Shown here: in pieces, positions 38,198 through 47,448 of the stretch
Layout of the letters: each line of letters begins with the position of its first letter
Position numbering within the stretch: the stretch's first letter is position 1
Translations under genes and position numbers: made by a program
The notes under the pieces: model-generated
What the model saw: only the letters and a program-made list of their open reading frames with translations
What the model was told of the DNA's origin: nothing
Database searches by the model: none
Origin: Cenarchaeum sp.
GTDB taxonomy: Archaea > Thermoproteota > Nitrososphaeria > Nitrososphaerales > Nitrosopumilaceae
Assembly: GCA_963692915.1 (NCBI GenBank)
Contig: OY843584.1
Location: forward strand, 992,001-1,056,000
DNA: 64,000 nt
Direction: 5' to 3'

Positions 38198-39838
38198 CTA
38201 CTTTGCGGACTCTTTGGCGTCAGGGATCACGTTCCCCGAGTCGGCCTTGCTAGAGAGCCCACGCCGAATCGTGTCATCCACGTTGCCAATGTGCGTCCGG
38301 GCGTCAGGTCGCTTCGGCGCATGTGCCGACTTGCCAGATTGCGCCATACTGAGCTTCGCGTGGTTCATGTTGGCCTGCTTTAAGAATTCCGTGGTTTGCC
38401 CAGATAGATCGTAACAAAAGTCCTGACGACCGTACCTTATCAAGTCTGCTGCACGCGAGCCGGCCGTTCGCGCAATTGTGTATCCACGAGCCGCAATGGC
38501 CGGGGTATACGGCATGGCCGAGCGGATGCCAGACATCATTACTGTGGCTCCAAGGCCCGTTGTCGAGACGTGCTGCTGGACTGAAGACATGATCCGCGAT
38601 ATCATCGGCGCGAGCATTGCGGGAAAGTATATCGCCAGTGCGAGCACGGCTAGTGCCATAAAGAACTTGCGGACGCCATGCGTGAGCTCCTGGATCGCCG
38701 GAGGTGGAACCATCGTGCCAGAGTCCTCGCATGTGGGGTCGTCATCGGCACCACACGCGTCTGCGTCCCGCCCGACGTCACTCGGGTCGATCACAACCTG
38801 CACGACACCAAAGTCCCCGCTCTCCAGGTCAGCTAGGACAGCCACTCCTGCAGACACCGCAAGTGCCGAGAAGAGCGGCACTATTGTCAGTGCCACTAGC
38901 GTGTCACGCATGAGGGCTGTCACACGCGCAAACTGTGGAAGCAGCGAGAGCGCAAGCACAAGGGGCACAGCAACTGCCAAGAGTCCCGTGAGGACATACC
39001 GAACGGTTCCAAGTAGGAATGCAGTGAGCGTCATTGTGAGCAGCGCGATCGCCTTGAGAAAAAAGAGCATGATCTCAGTCAGGAACGCCGTGATGGTTCG
39101 CTCGTACCCCTCCCCGATCGCCTGAAGCGCGCCGCCGCCCTCGCGCGCAGTCACAAAGTCCACAATGGACGAAAATGCCGCATCCGCAATCGCCGAGCCT
39201 GCGCTGCCAAACAGCCGCGCATAGTCAACCTCTGGATACTGGCCGGGGCTCATGTAGACGAGGAGCTTGGCAACGGTGTCATGCGCACGCGAGGGATCCT
39301 CCGGGTTTAGTATCCACAGCGACATCCATTCCACGGCATCGGCGATCATGTCCCAAAAGTGCGGAAACACCATGATCACAATGAGGTAGAGCATCCCGTT
39401 GCCGAGTATCTTTGAGGCCGCGTTTGGCGGCACAATGTTGACCGATTCGAGGCCATAGCTCAGACCTGCCACAATTATGGCCACTGACATGACAAAGAAC
39501 GATATCGTGCGAAAGTTGAGGTACATGCCATATAGCGCGTTGCCCGGCTCGACTGACCCGTCAGCCGAGACGAGGGCCTCAAAGCGCGGCATTGACGTAA
39601 AGAGAAAGAGAAACGTGGCGGAGAGCTCCTTTTGGAAGAGGAGCGAGACTATTGCGATTCCTAGCAGTGCTGCGATTCCGGTGATGATGAGGAGCGGGCC
39701 GGTGATGAGGCCGGCTCGCCGGTGCGCCACGCGTCGCGAGCGCAGTCGCACATGGCAGAGTGGCTCGATGCGCGCAGCAAGGCTTGCGGCGATATTGCGC
39801 GCGCGCGGCGCTCCCACAAGGCGCAGTTGGGCCCTCAC
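38198..39838 (-). CDS. VirB6/TrbL-like polytopic membrane protein
   Basis: Multiple TMs, RYVLTGLLAVAVPLVLALSLLPQF motif, low-complexity G/A tail; same cluster as virB4. Confidence 0.65.
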   Translation of the reverse strand: MRAQLRLVGAPRARNIAASLAARIEPLCHVRLRSRRVAHRRAGLITGPLLIITGIAALLGIAIVSLLFQKELSATFLFLFTSMPRFEALVSADGSVEPGNALYGMYLNFRTISFFVMSVAIIVAGLSYGLESVNIVPPNAASKILGNGMLYLIVIMVFPHFWDMIADAVEWMSLWILNPEDPSRAHDTVAKLLVYMSPGQYPEVDYARLFGSAGSAIADAAFSSIVDFVTAREGGGALQAIGEGYERTITAFLTEIMLFFLKAIALLTMTLTAFLLGTVRYVLTGLLAVAVPLVLALSLLPQFARVTALMRDTLVALTIVPLFSALAVSAGVAVLADLESGDFGVVQVVIDPSDVGRDADACGADDDPTCEDSGTMVPPPAIQELTHGVRKFFMALAVLALAIYFPAMLAPMISRIMSSVQQHVSTTGLGATVMMSGIRSAMPYTPAIAARGYTIARTAGSRAADLIRYGRQDFCYDLSGQTTEFLKQANMNHAKLSMAQSGKSAHAPKRPDARTHIGNVDDTIRRGLSSKADSGNVIPDAKESAK

Positions 39839-39936
39839 GCGTGGTGTGCCGGAGTTTTCCTAAAATGCGCGCGTGTGCCCATGAGCAACCCCGGATCCCG
39901 CTTTAATGCAAAATATGCGCACATGTGACGTGTGCA

Positions 39937-41784
39937 ATGCTCCTGCCGAGAAACGGGCCCCGTTTGTGTGGTCACTTGGTGCCCGTTCTGGCATGTGCAG
40001 TGGTGGCCATCGGAGCCGGCATCGCGGCCCAGGGGGGCGTAGGCGAGCCGACATCCGTTGCGTACACCGGCACCACGGGTGCGGGAATCGGCATTGTGCC
40101 ATCCTTCGAGCCGGTTCCCGCACACGGTTTTTCCCATGCGTCCCCGTCCCCCTCGCGCTCCATAGCGCACAATGACGGATTTGGCGAGATTGGCATCATG
40201 CCAGACACTGTCCAAAAGAAGAGGCATGGCGAGCAGTATGTCGAGGTGTCCGGACGCGTGGAAGGCCAGCACAGGGTCGACATTGAGATTACGCTGACTG
40301 ATCCATCTGGCGAGACTAGCGTCCACGTCGTTCCAGCAAGCTCGGACGGAGAGTTTTCAACCGTCATTGCAGTAGGCTTTGAGACGCCCTCTGGGATCCA
40401 CAGGATCGTCGCACACGAGCCTGTGCGCAACGCGACGAGCCCAACACTGACGCTTCTTGTGCATGATCTCGCCGGAGTGCCAAACAGGGTTGATGTGGGA
40501 TCACACTCGCGCTCATGCGCAGTGACTGGCTCGTGCAACACGCCGCAGGACATCCACGTGATGCCCGGCGACACGGTGAGCTGGCTCAATGCTGATGCGG
40601 CTGCGCACACCGTGGCAGGCAATGACACAGAGACACTACCCTCCGGTGCCGAGGAGCGCCTCTTTTACAGCTCGCTCATGGCCCCGGGCGACTCGTTCTC
40701 CCACAGGTTTGCCGAGTCTGGCAGGTACGGCTATTCGTGCTCCATCCACCCATGGGCCGTTGGAACGGTGATCGTGGACACGCCGGCGAGTATCGATGCG
40801 CCCATTGTGCCGCAGGAACCCGCAGGGACTGCACGTGACGCCGATGCTGCGCGACCCGCCGTGCCATTGCGCGCAGAGCGAGCCGAGGCGGCAATGTCAG
40901 TAGGCATTGCCGGAGGTGCACGCGGGCCATATTCTCCAGGGGACACAGTCAGCATCATGGCCAGGCTCTCGGGGGAACCAGACGTCATTGACGGCAAGGT
41001 GTACTATGATGTGTACGACCCGTCAGGGAAGAGGATCTCCCGCGGAAGCGTGCAGGTCGGGGACTCGGCCGAGCTTCGCCTTGAGGACCATACCGTCACA
41101 GGCAGCCATGTTAACGGCACGCACACGTACAAGGCGCTCGCCAGCGTGAGCACGGGGAGGACACTGGTCGCATCCGGCGAGTTTGACGTGGCCGTTCCCG
41201 CAGAGCATGTTGCCGAGGCGGCAGCCACAGGGTCGCAGGGCGGCGGCTGCATGATAGCCACGGCGGCATACGGCAGCGAGCTTGCGCCGCACGTGCAGCG
41301 GCTCAGGGAGGTGCGCGACTCGGCAGTCATGGAAACAGACGAGGGCAGGGCGTTCATGGAGTGGCTAAACGTGGCATATTACTCCGTGTCACCGGCCATC
41401 GCCGATGCGCAAAGGAGCATCCCCGAGCTTCGCGTGGCCGTGCGCCTTGCAGTCTCCCCCATGGTCCATACTCTGGGCATCCTAGAGCATGCGGGGCACG
41501 GGAGCGCACGTGACGTCGTGACCCTCGGGACGCTTGCAATACTGGCAAACGCGCTGATCTATGTCGGCGTTCCGGCAGCCGTGCTGTCCCTGGCGCGACG
41601 CGCAAAGGCGCAATTCTCCGCAAAGGCCGCAGCGTGCTCGCCGGCCAGGACAACCATGGCTGAGGCCGCCAGGACGCGCGCGTCGGCCAGACCCACGTGC
41701 GCCAGTGCCGCAGAGAGCGCCACGATGCAGGAGGCCTCTAGCGCAAGGTGTGCAGGTGCTGCCCACGCTCCAAGGCGCAAGTAG
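39937..41784 (+). CDS. Secreted cupredoxin (plastocyanin-like) protein with CFI-box-CTERM anchor
   Basis: GDTVSWLNADAAAHTV...YSCSIHPWAVGTV; GGGCMIATAAYGSELAPHVQRLREVRD anchor domain. Confidence 0.8.
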   Translation: MLLPRNGPRLCGHLVPVLACAVVAIGAGIAAQGGVGEPTSVAYTGTTGAGIGIVPSFEPVPAHGFSHASPSPSRSIAHNDGFGEIGIMPDTVQKKRHGEQYVEVSGRVEGQHRVDIEITLTDPSGETSVHVVPASSDGEFSTVIAVGFETPSGIHRIVAHEPVRNATSPTLTLLVHDLAGVPNRVDVGSHSRSCAVTGSCNTPQDIHVMPGDTVSWLNADAAAHTVAGNDTETLPSGAEERLFYSSLMAPGDSFSHRFAESGRYGYSCSIHPWAVGTVIVDTPASIDAPIVPQEPAGTARDADAARPAVPLRAERAEAAMSVGIAGGARGPYSPGDTVSIMARLSGEPDVIDGKVYYDVYDPSGKRISRGSVQVGDSAELRLEDHTVTGSHVNGTHTYKALASVSTGRTLVASGEFDVAVPAEHVAEAAATGSQGGGCMIATAAYGSELAPHVQRLREVRDSAVMETDEGRAFMEWLNVAYYSVSPAIADAQRSIPELRVAVRLAVSPMVHTLGILEHAGHGSARDVVTLGTLAILANALIYVGVPAAVLSLARRAKAQFSAKAAACSPARTTMAEAARTRASARPTCASAAESATMQEASSARCAGAAHAPRRK

Positions 41785-41996
41785 AGCGCCCTAAAGATCG
41801 CGTTTGACTCCCGCAAGACGATCGTCATGCGTCCAAAGCCCAGGGTGTGCAGCGCGTCGGCCCAAAAGCACGCGACCCATGCGGCCGTCGCGGCCGCAAA
41901 AACCCAGACCGGAATGTCCCTGACTGTGCCAACTGCCACAGCTGCCACTCCGACTGTCAATGCGGTGAGAAGGAGCGAGGGCAGCCTTATGCGCAT
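41559..41996 (-). CDS. Small membrane protein
   Basis: Several TMs with DALHT...ESNAIFR; follows the VirB2-like gene on the same strand. Confidence 0.45.
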   Translation of the reverse strand: MRIRLPSLLLTALTVGVAAVAVGTVRDIPVWVFAAATAAWVACFWADALHTLGFGRMTIVLRESNAIFRALYLRLGAWAAPAHLALEASCIVALSAALAHVGLADARVLAASAMVVLAGEHAAAFAENCAFARRARDSTAAGTPT

Positions 41997-42304
41997 CGCC
42001 GACTGATGTCCTTGCGCGCCGCATCATCTGCGCCATCCCCGCAGGGTCGCCTCCTGCCGCGCGGCTCAGAGAGGCGAAGCTTTGCTATCGCCGCGAGCAT
42101 AAACAGTCCAAGAATCGCTATCACGATGGTGCGCATGTTGTCATTGAACCTGTCAAAGAGATCCTTAAACCCCGCGTACACGGTGTCATTAGAGTCCGTG
42201 CCGGCGAGAAACGTGATCAGTCCAGGACCTATTGACACGATTACTGCCGCAAAGATCATCGTTATGATGACCCCATAAAGTTTCTCGCGGGTTTCGGCAT
42301 CCAT
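41987..42304 (-). CDS. Two-TM small protein, VirB2/TrbC/CedA1-like pilin candidate
   Basis: Two hydrophobic helices separated by a short loop, ~105 aa, next to the PrgI-like gene; assignment from topology and context only. Confidence 0.4.
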   Translation of the reverse strand: MDAETREKLYGVIITMIFAAVIVSIGPGLITFLAGTDSNDTVYAGFKDLFDRFNDNMRTIVIAILGLFMLAAIAKLRLSEPRGRRRPCGDGADDAARKDISRRCA

Positions 42305-42368
42305 GCTGTCTCGGCTGATTACCACGTACATGTCGCCACAAAATCCAATAAAAGGGCGATCGGCGCAA

Positions 42369-43052
42369 CTATCCGCGCTGCACGTCAAAGCTCTCAACGA
42401 GTATGCGGCGGCCCTCAACGCTGACTGTGAGCTCCTTGCGCCCAAAGGAGGTCACCACGGGGTATATCTCAAACTGCCCGTTGCTGTCTGACATTGCTGC
42501 ATACTTGCGGCCATCAAAGACAACATCAGCGCGTGTCCTCGGATAGAGGCGTCCGGCCGAGTCGTACACCGTCACCTCAAGGGAGATCGGCGTGCCTAGT
42601 TTTGCCGCATACATGCGACGCGGCATTGCAAGGGCCGCCTCCGGACCTGCCGCCGCACGCCTCGGCGAGAACTTTGCCGGAATGACGAGCAGGCCGTCAC
42701 GGTGGATATCGCCGTGGCGCGCCGATCGCCGCCTTTTGGTCGCGCTGCCCACCACGTGGCGCCTCAGGAAGAACCGCAGTATCGCAAGCGCATGGCGCTC
42801 CGGATAGAGCGCCTTTCTCTCCCTGGCCGCAATGTATGCGAGGAACACCGAGGCCGGCGCGAGGTGCCATGCCGGCCCAATGTATGCGGCATACGCGATG
42901 AGCGAGGCGAGGCCCATCAGCAGGAGCTGCTTTGGGGACATTTTTGACATGAACGGTATGGGCACTGGGAAGACCTTTTGGTTGAACGAGTTGATCGACC
43001 GAAAGTAGACCATGTCGATATAGTCTGTTCTGCGCACGACACGCACTCCCAA
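42369..43052 (-). CDS. PrgI/VirB3-like membrane protein
   Basis: KMSPKQLLLMG-two TMs-K..YPE.HALAILRFFLR typical of PrgI family, plus C-terminal Ig-like domain. Confidence 0.6.
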   Translation of the reverse strand: MGVRVVRRTDYIDMVYFRSINSFNQKVFPVPIPFMSKMSPKQLLLMGLASLIAYAAYIGPAWHLAPASVFLAYIAARERKALYPERHALAILRFFLRRHVVGSATKRRRSARHGDIHRDGLLVIPAKFSPRRAAAGPEAALAMPRRMYAAKLGTPISLEVTVYDSAGRLYPRTRADVVFDGRKYAAMSDSNGQFEIYPVVTSFGRKELTVSVEGRRILVESFDVQRG

Positions 43053-43086
43053 AAATTCCTAAAAAAGGAGAATGTTGCGCGCGGGT

Positions 43087-43605
43087 CTAGTACCTAGAGG
43101 TCACCGTGACGGTCTCTCTGATCGTCGAGTCCGTTCCGGACGCAGTTGCCTTTACGCTCAGGACATAGGACGTTCCGGCCGCTATGTTGACTGACGGGCT
43201 GGCGCCCTCGCAATGGGTGGTTTTGATCTGCTCGCTCACCCCATGCGTGGAGCCAGGCTTGATCGTAGTCGACGAGGTTGTTATTTTGGCGTCTGTTGGA
43301 CTTGATCCAGCCTCGCACGCCCCCGTGAGCGTGATCTCGGGGTTTGCGAGCGGCGATGTTCCCGTGTTCTTTATGGACAGCGAGAGCACGTCAGCTGCGT
43401 CTGTCTTTAGGAGGCGCGGGCCCGTAAGGCCGATTCCCTCTTGCGTAGTCAGGACGTTTGTCTGCTGTGTCAGGAAATAGGCCACACTGCCGGCAAGTCC
43501 TAGCGTCACGGTGATCGCAAGGGCCATGCCGATTATGTTGGAGGCTGCCCTCACTCGGCGTGCTGTCCACGGGGTGCGGTTTTGACGGTTGTTGCTTTGG
43601 CGCAT
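43087..43605 (-). CDS. Major archaeal type IV pilin (class III signal peptide)
   Basis: RRVRA|ASNIIGMALAITVTLGLAG cleavage motif; SIKNTGT, GTSYVLSV pilin globular pattern; start at ATG 43605. Confidence 0.75.
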   Translation of the reverse strand: MRQSNNRQNRTPWTARRVRAASNIIGMALAITVTLGLAGSVAYFLTQQTNVLTTQEGIGLTGPRLLKTDAADVLSLSIKNTGTSPLANPEITLTGACEAGSSPTDAKITTSSTTIKPGSTHGVSEQIKTTHCEGASPSVNIAAGTSYVLSVKATASGTDSTIRETVTVTSRY

Positions 43606-43770
43606 TGTTACACACAGGCGAGAAAATCGCATAAAAGGGCGCACGCAGCAGATCATCGGCCAAACCATGGCGGATGCGGGGCAGTCTCGCCGCACGCGTG
43701 CCAAACCCGCGATTATGGGCCACAGTGTCGCATCACGCGCCCATTTAAGCAAAAGGCACACACGACAGTG

Positions 43771-45717
43771 ATGGACGCCAGGACAGACTCGGCCCAAGTG
43801 TGCAGCCTGGTGGCGTGTGCGGCATCGGCAGGCGCATATGTGATCGGCCACTGGCCGGCAGCACTTGCGGCATTCGTCGCGTGCGCTGCGGTGTTTGGCG
43901 CAACTGCGCTCCTTGGGGCACGGCGCGGCAGGACGCACCGCGCGCCGGCGCGCCGAGGCGCCGTTGTTCGGCGCAGCAGGCCACGTGCGGATGCTGCCAG
44001 GGTCGCGCGCAAGGCAGTCTCAGAAGCAATGTCCTCGATCGCCACGCGCGCAACAAGGGCGCTTGACCCGTTCATCAACGCCGGGGCGCTGCGGCGCACG
44101 TACGGCGGGCTAAACCCCAACATGGGCAGGAGCGTGGCGCTCTCCGGAATGGCGACAAACCTTGGAGCCTTGCGCAGGGAGGCCGGAGTGGCCCTTGTGG
44201 CATCAGTCGCACTCGCCGTTCCGGCAGCCATTGCGCTCGCGGCGATAACTAGCCGCGCAGAGCTTGCCGCACTAGCGGCCATACCGCCAGTCGCGGCGCT
44301 CTTTTACCCGCGCACAAAGCTCAGGCTTGCTGCCTCGGGGCGAAAGGCCGCGCTTGCTGACGAGATGACCTTTTTTGCAGTCTATTGCCTGCTCCTCGCC
44401 GGCGTCGGTAAGACGATGGCCCACGCGCTAGACGGCGTTGTCGGGCGCGGCATCTTTCCGGCCCTCGAGCGAGAGGCACGCGTCATGGGCCGCGGGCGCA
44501 CGCTGGGCATGGGCAGCATTGCGGCACTCGGCGACCTTGGGCGAAACCACCCAAACCGCATGTTCGGGGACCTCCTCTGCGGGTATGTCGCCGCGTTTGG
44601 CGCCGGGGATCCCGAGGCCCACCTAAAGTCACAGGTCAGCGAGCTGCTCGGTCGCATGCGCCGGCGCCTCGAGGCATACAAGGAGCGCGCATCATCGCTC
44701 TCCGTCATGGTCGTCTTTATGATGCTCTTTTTGCCGGTGATGGTCACGCCCGTGGCGTTCATAGCCGGCCCAAAGTCAGCCACGTTCCTATCGCAGATCG
44801 CCTTTATGGCCATGCCCCCAATGGCAGTCTCGGCGTGCATCATTGCGCATACATCGCAGCCAAGGTTTGGCGACACGATCAGGATCGACTGGAGGATTCC
44901 CATCTGCGCGGGCGCAGTGGCCGGAGTTGCCGTCGCGCCGGCATCCCTGGGCATATGGACGATAATGGCAGCAGCATCGCTTGCGTTCTCGCTGTCCATG
45001 GTTGCGCTGACCCACAGGCAGCGCCGTGGTGCTGCGGCGATAGACTCGGGGCAGGGAATGTTCTTTCGCGACATGACATCGCGCATCAGCGCAGGTGACT
45101 CGAGTGTCTCCCACGCGCTTGCCGGCATTGTCGCGTCCGGAACATCACAGTACGGGAGGCACTTTGGCGCCATTATCGAGCGCGCAAACACGCGCATACG
45201 CCATGCCGGCGAGACGACACAGGACGTTCTTGCAGACACGGCCCACGGATCGTGGCTAGGGAGGTTTTCGTTCTTTTTGCTCTCGCGAATTGCCGACACG
45301 GGATCGATTGACGCGTGGATACTGACACGGACGACAGAGTTTGTCGAGAGGTTTGTTCACGCAAAGCGCGACATTGCGTCTGCTGTCAGGCCATACATGC
45401 TAGTATCGGCGGCATCTCCTGTCGCAATAGTTGCCATGACATGGTTTCTCAAGGGAATGCTCGTCGGCCTGCCTGACAGCGCTCCTGACATTCCCGGACT
45501 TGGCGCGAGCGTTGGGATAACGCGCATGAGCCTCACGCCGGGTTTTGACGAGGCGATCAATGCGTTGACTGTGGCTAGCGCAATATGCGCCAATGTTGCC
45601 GTCGGCAAGATATCTGCCATGAGCATAACGGATGCGCGTCCGCTCCTAGCCGGAACCATCGCCGCAATCGTGTCTATACTTGCCTCGTCTCACATTCCCG
45701 TGGGGAGCCCTGTCTAG
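43771..45717 (+). CDS. TadC/FlaJ-like type IV pilus platform membrane protein (two T2SSF-like domains)
   Basis: EMTFFAVY..LLAGVG...ALGDLGRNHPN..FGDLLCGY; second domain FFRDMT; C-terminal VAVGKI. Confidence 0.75.
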   Translation: MDARTDSAQVCSLVACAASAGAYVIGHWPAALAAFVACAAVFGATALLGARRGRTHRAPARRGAVVRRSRPRADAARVARKAVSEAMSSIATRATRALDPFINAGALRRTYGGLNPNMGRSVALSGMATNLGALRREAGVALVASVALAVPAAIALAAITSRAELAALAAIPPVAALFYPRTKLRLAASGRKAALADEMTFFAVYCLLLAGVGKTMAHALDGVVGRGIFPALEREARVMGRGRTLGMGSIAALGDLGRNHPNRMFGDLLCGYVAAFGAGDPEAHLKSQVSELLGRMRRRLEAYKERASSLSVMVVFMMLFLPVMVTPVAFIAGPKSATFLSQIAFMAMPPMAVSACIIAHTSQPRFGDTIRIDWRIPICAGAVAGVAVAPASLGIWTIMAAASLAFSLSMVALTHRQRRGAAAIDSGQGMFFRDMTSRISAGDSSVSHALAGIVASGTSQYGRHFGAIIERANTRIRHAGETTQDVLADTAHGSWLGRFSFFLLSRIADTGSIDAWILTRTTEFVERFVHAKRDIASAVRPYMLVSAASPVAIVAMTWFLKGMLVGLPDSAPDIPGLGASVGITRMSLTPGFDEAINALTVASAICANVAVGKISAMSITDARPLLAGTIAAIVSILASSHIPVGSPV

Positions 45718-45924
45718 GCGTGAAATGGGGTGCGCGTTTGTGTAACATGATCTTGTTACACAAAAGCGCAATCTTGCCCCCAATGGGATTGTCGGTGCGC
45801 ACGCCATCGGCCGGTCTGCCCTCACTGCAGCACGCAGGTGGGCATGCATGCATGACACAGGTGTCACCACCGGTGCGGAGTCTCTGATCCCGTTGCGTGC
45901 GCAAGGACATCACGGTCATGGCGC

Positions 45925-46842
45925 TCAACCCCTGTTCTCCTCCGCCATCTTGATCAGCTTGTCTATTGACCCTTGCATTGTGGCCATTGACTGATGGAGC
46001 TTGTCAAGCCTCTCGTCGGTCTTGGCCTGCCACGCCTTGGTCTTGGCCTGCCATGCATGTATCTTGTCCAGCGCGCCGGTTTGCGAGTCGACCTTCTTCT
46101 CGAGTCCCGCCAGCGCGCCGGTTTGCGAGTCGACCTTCTTCTCGAGTCCCGCCAGCGCGTCGGCTTGCGAGTCGACCTTCTTCTCGAGTCCCGCCAGCGC
46201 GTCAGCTTGCGAGTCGACCTTCTTCTCGAGGCTCGCAATGTCCTCCCTCATCTTGTCCATCGTGGAGGTGTGCGAGTTGACCCTCTCCCCGAGGCCCGCC
46301 ATGGCCTCCCTTAGGTCGCCCATCGTGGAGGTGTGCGAATCAACCTTCTTCTCGAGACCCGCCATGGCCTCCTTTAGGTCGCCCATCGTGCCGACTTGCG
46401 AGTTGACCCTCTCCCCGAGGCCCGCCATGTCCTCCCTTAGCACGGACTGCCCACTGGCGAGGTCCGCTAGCGTGGAGGTGTGCGAGCCGACACTCACCCC
46501 GAGGGTCGAGAGGACTGCCTTGATCTGGAGAATATCCTCCCTGTGTGTGTGAGACGTGTCACAGAGGAGCCTTATCGAGTCACTCTGCGAATCCACAAGT
46601 TTAACCAGGTTTTTGATCTCGACGCCGTATTCCACAGAGGCGGCATCAAGTGACTTTATGCTTTTCCGGATCTCCGAGAGCCCCGAGTCCACATTGTCCA
46701 TCGACTTGGCCATGGCCTCGTAGTCCTTGCGCAGCAAGTCGGTGTCTGACTTCATCCTCCACGCCGTCCTGATGAACGATATGACTGACGTTACCCCTCC
46801 TGTCCCAAAGGCGTTCGATGCGGCCTCTGTCATGGCGACCAT
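45925..46842 (-). CDS. Heptad-repeat coiled-coil protein
   Basis: 42-bp tandem repeats (LAGLEKKVDSQxxA) and 63-bp repeats (MGDLREAMAGLGERVNSHTST). Confidence 0.7.
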   Translation of the reverse strand: MVAMTEAASNAFGTGGVTSVISFIRTAWRMKSDTDLLRKDYEAMAKSMDNVDSGLSEIRKSIKSLDAASVEYGVEIKNLVKLVDSQSDSIRLLCDTSHTHREDILQIKAVLSTLGVSVGSHTSTLADLASGQSVLREDMAGLGERVNSQVGTMGDLKEAMAGLEKKVDSHTSTMGDLREAMAGLGERVNSHTSTMDKMREDIASLEKKVDSQADALAGLEKKVDSQADALAGLEKKVDSQTGALAGLEKKVDSQTGALDKIHAWQAKTKAWQAKTDERLDKLHQSMATMQGSIDKLIKMAEENRG

Positions 46843-46986
46843 GCCAGTGGATAGGGCGTAGTGTATTTAAATTTTGTAGTATGATCTCACACTTGCTGGC
46901 CGGGAGGCGCTAGAAGATTAAAATACGGTGCGGGGTTTGGCGCGAACCATGAGACGAGGCAGCGTTGCTGCAGGGGGCAGGCGCCA

Positions 46987-47376
46987 GTGATAAACGTGCC
47001 ATGGCGCGCCCAGGTCGCCGCGGCCCTCAGGAGGGACGTGCGCCTCACGGCCATAGCGCTCGGGATAATTGCCATGAACGGCGCAGTCGCCCTGTACTAT
47101 CACCAGACTGACCGGCCGCTCATGTCACTAGTCTTTATCGCCGCGATCATCATGCTCGTCATGGTCATGGCAAAGCTCCTAAACAGCCGAATCCAGAACA
47201 CGCAGGTCTCGCTCATACTGGGGTACATACAGGACAGGAACCTCATCGCCGAGTGCGCCGAGTGCCGCGTTCATGCGGCAAGCTATCTCTCTGGCGGCTT
47301 CAAGTGGGGCGCGTATCGCGCGTGGGCCGCGCACATTGAGGAAAAGCACGAGCGCCACGTCGAGTATGGCATCTAG
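46987..47376 (+). CDS. Small membrane protein with CxxC...H motif
   Basis: Two TMs, CAEC, HIEEKH; AT-rich upstream sequence. Confidence 0.5.
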   Translation: MINVPWRAQVAAALRRDVRLTAIALGIIAMNGAVALYYHQTDRPLMSLVFIAAIIMLVMVMAKLLNSRIQNTQVSLILGYIQDRNLIAECAECRVHAASYLSGGFKWGAYRAWAAHIEEKHERHVEYGI

Positions 47377-47448
47377 GGCGCTGTCCCCTTTAGGTTAAAA
47401 TGGAGCCGTGCGCAGGCAGCGCGCAATGCGCACGCGGGCCGGTCTCTG

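Noticed and set aside
43606-43938. Extended N-termini in the ORF track (pilin to 43938, TadC from 43582; likewise HEAT to 4467, TSP3 to 14081)
   Set aside because: Extensions overlap divergent genes or promoters; downstream starts fit signal peptides and TATA positions better
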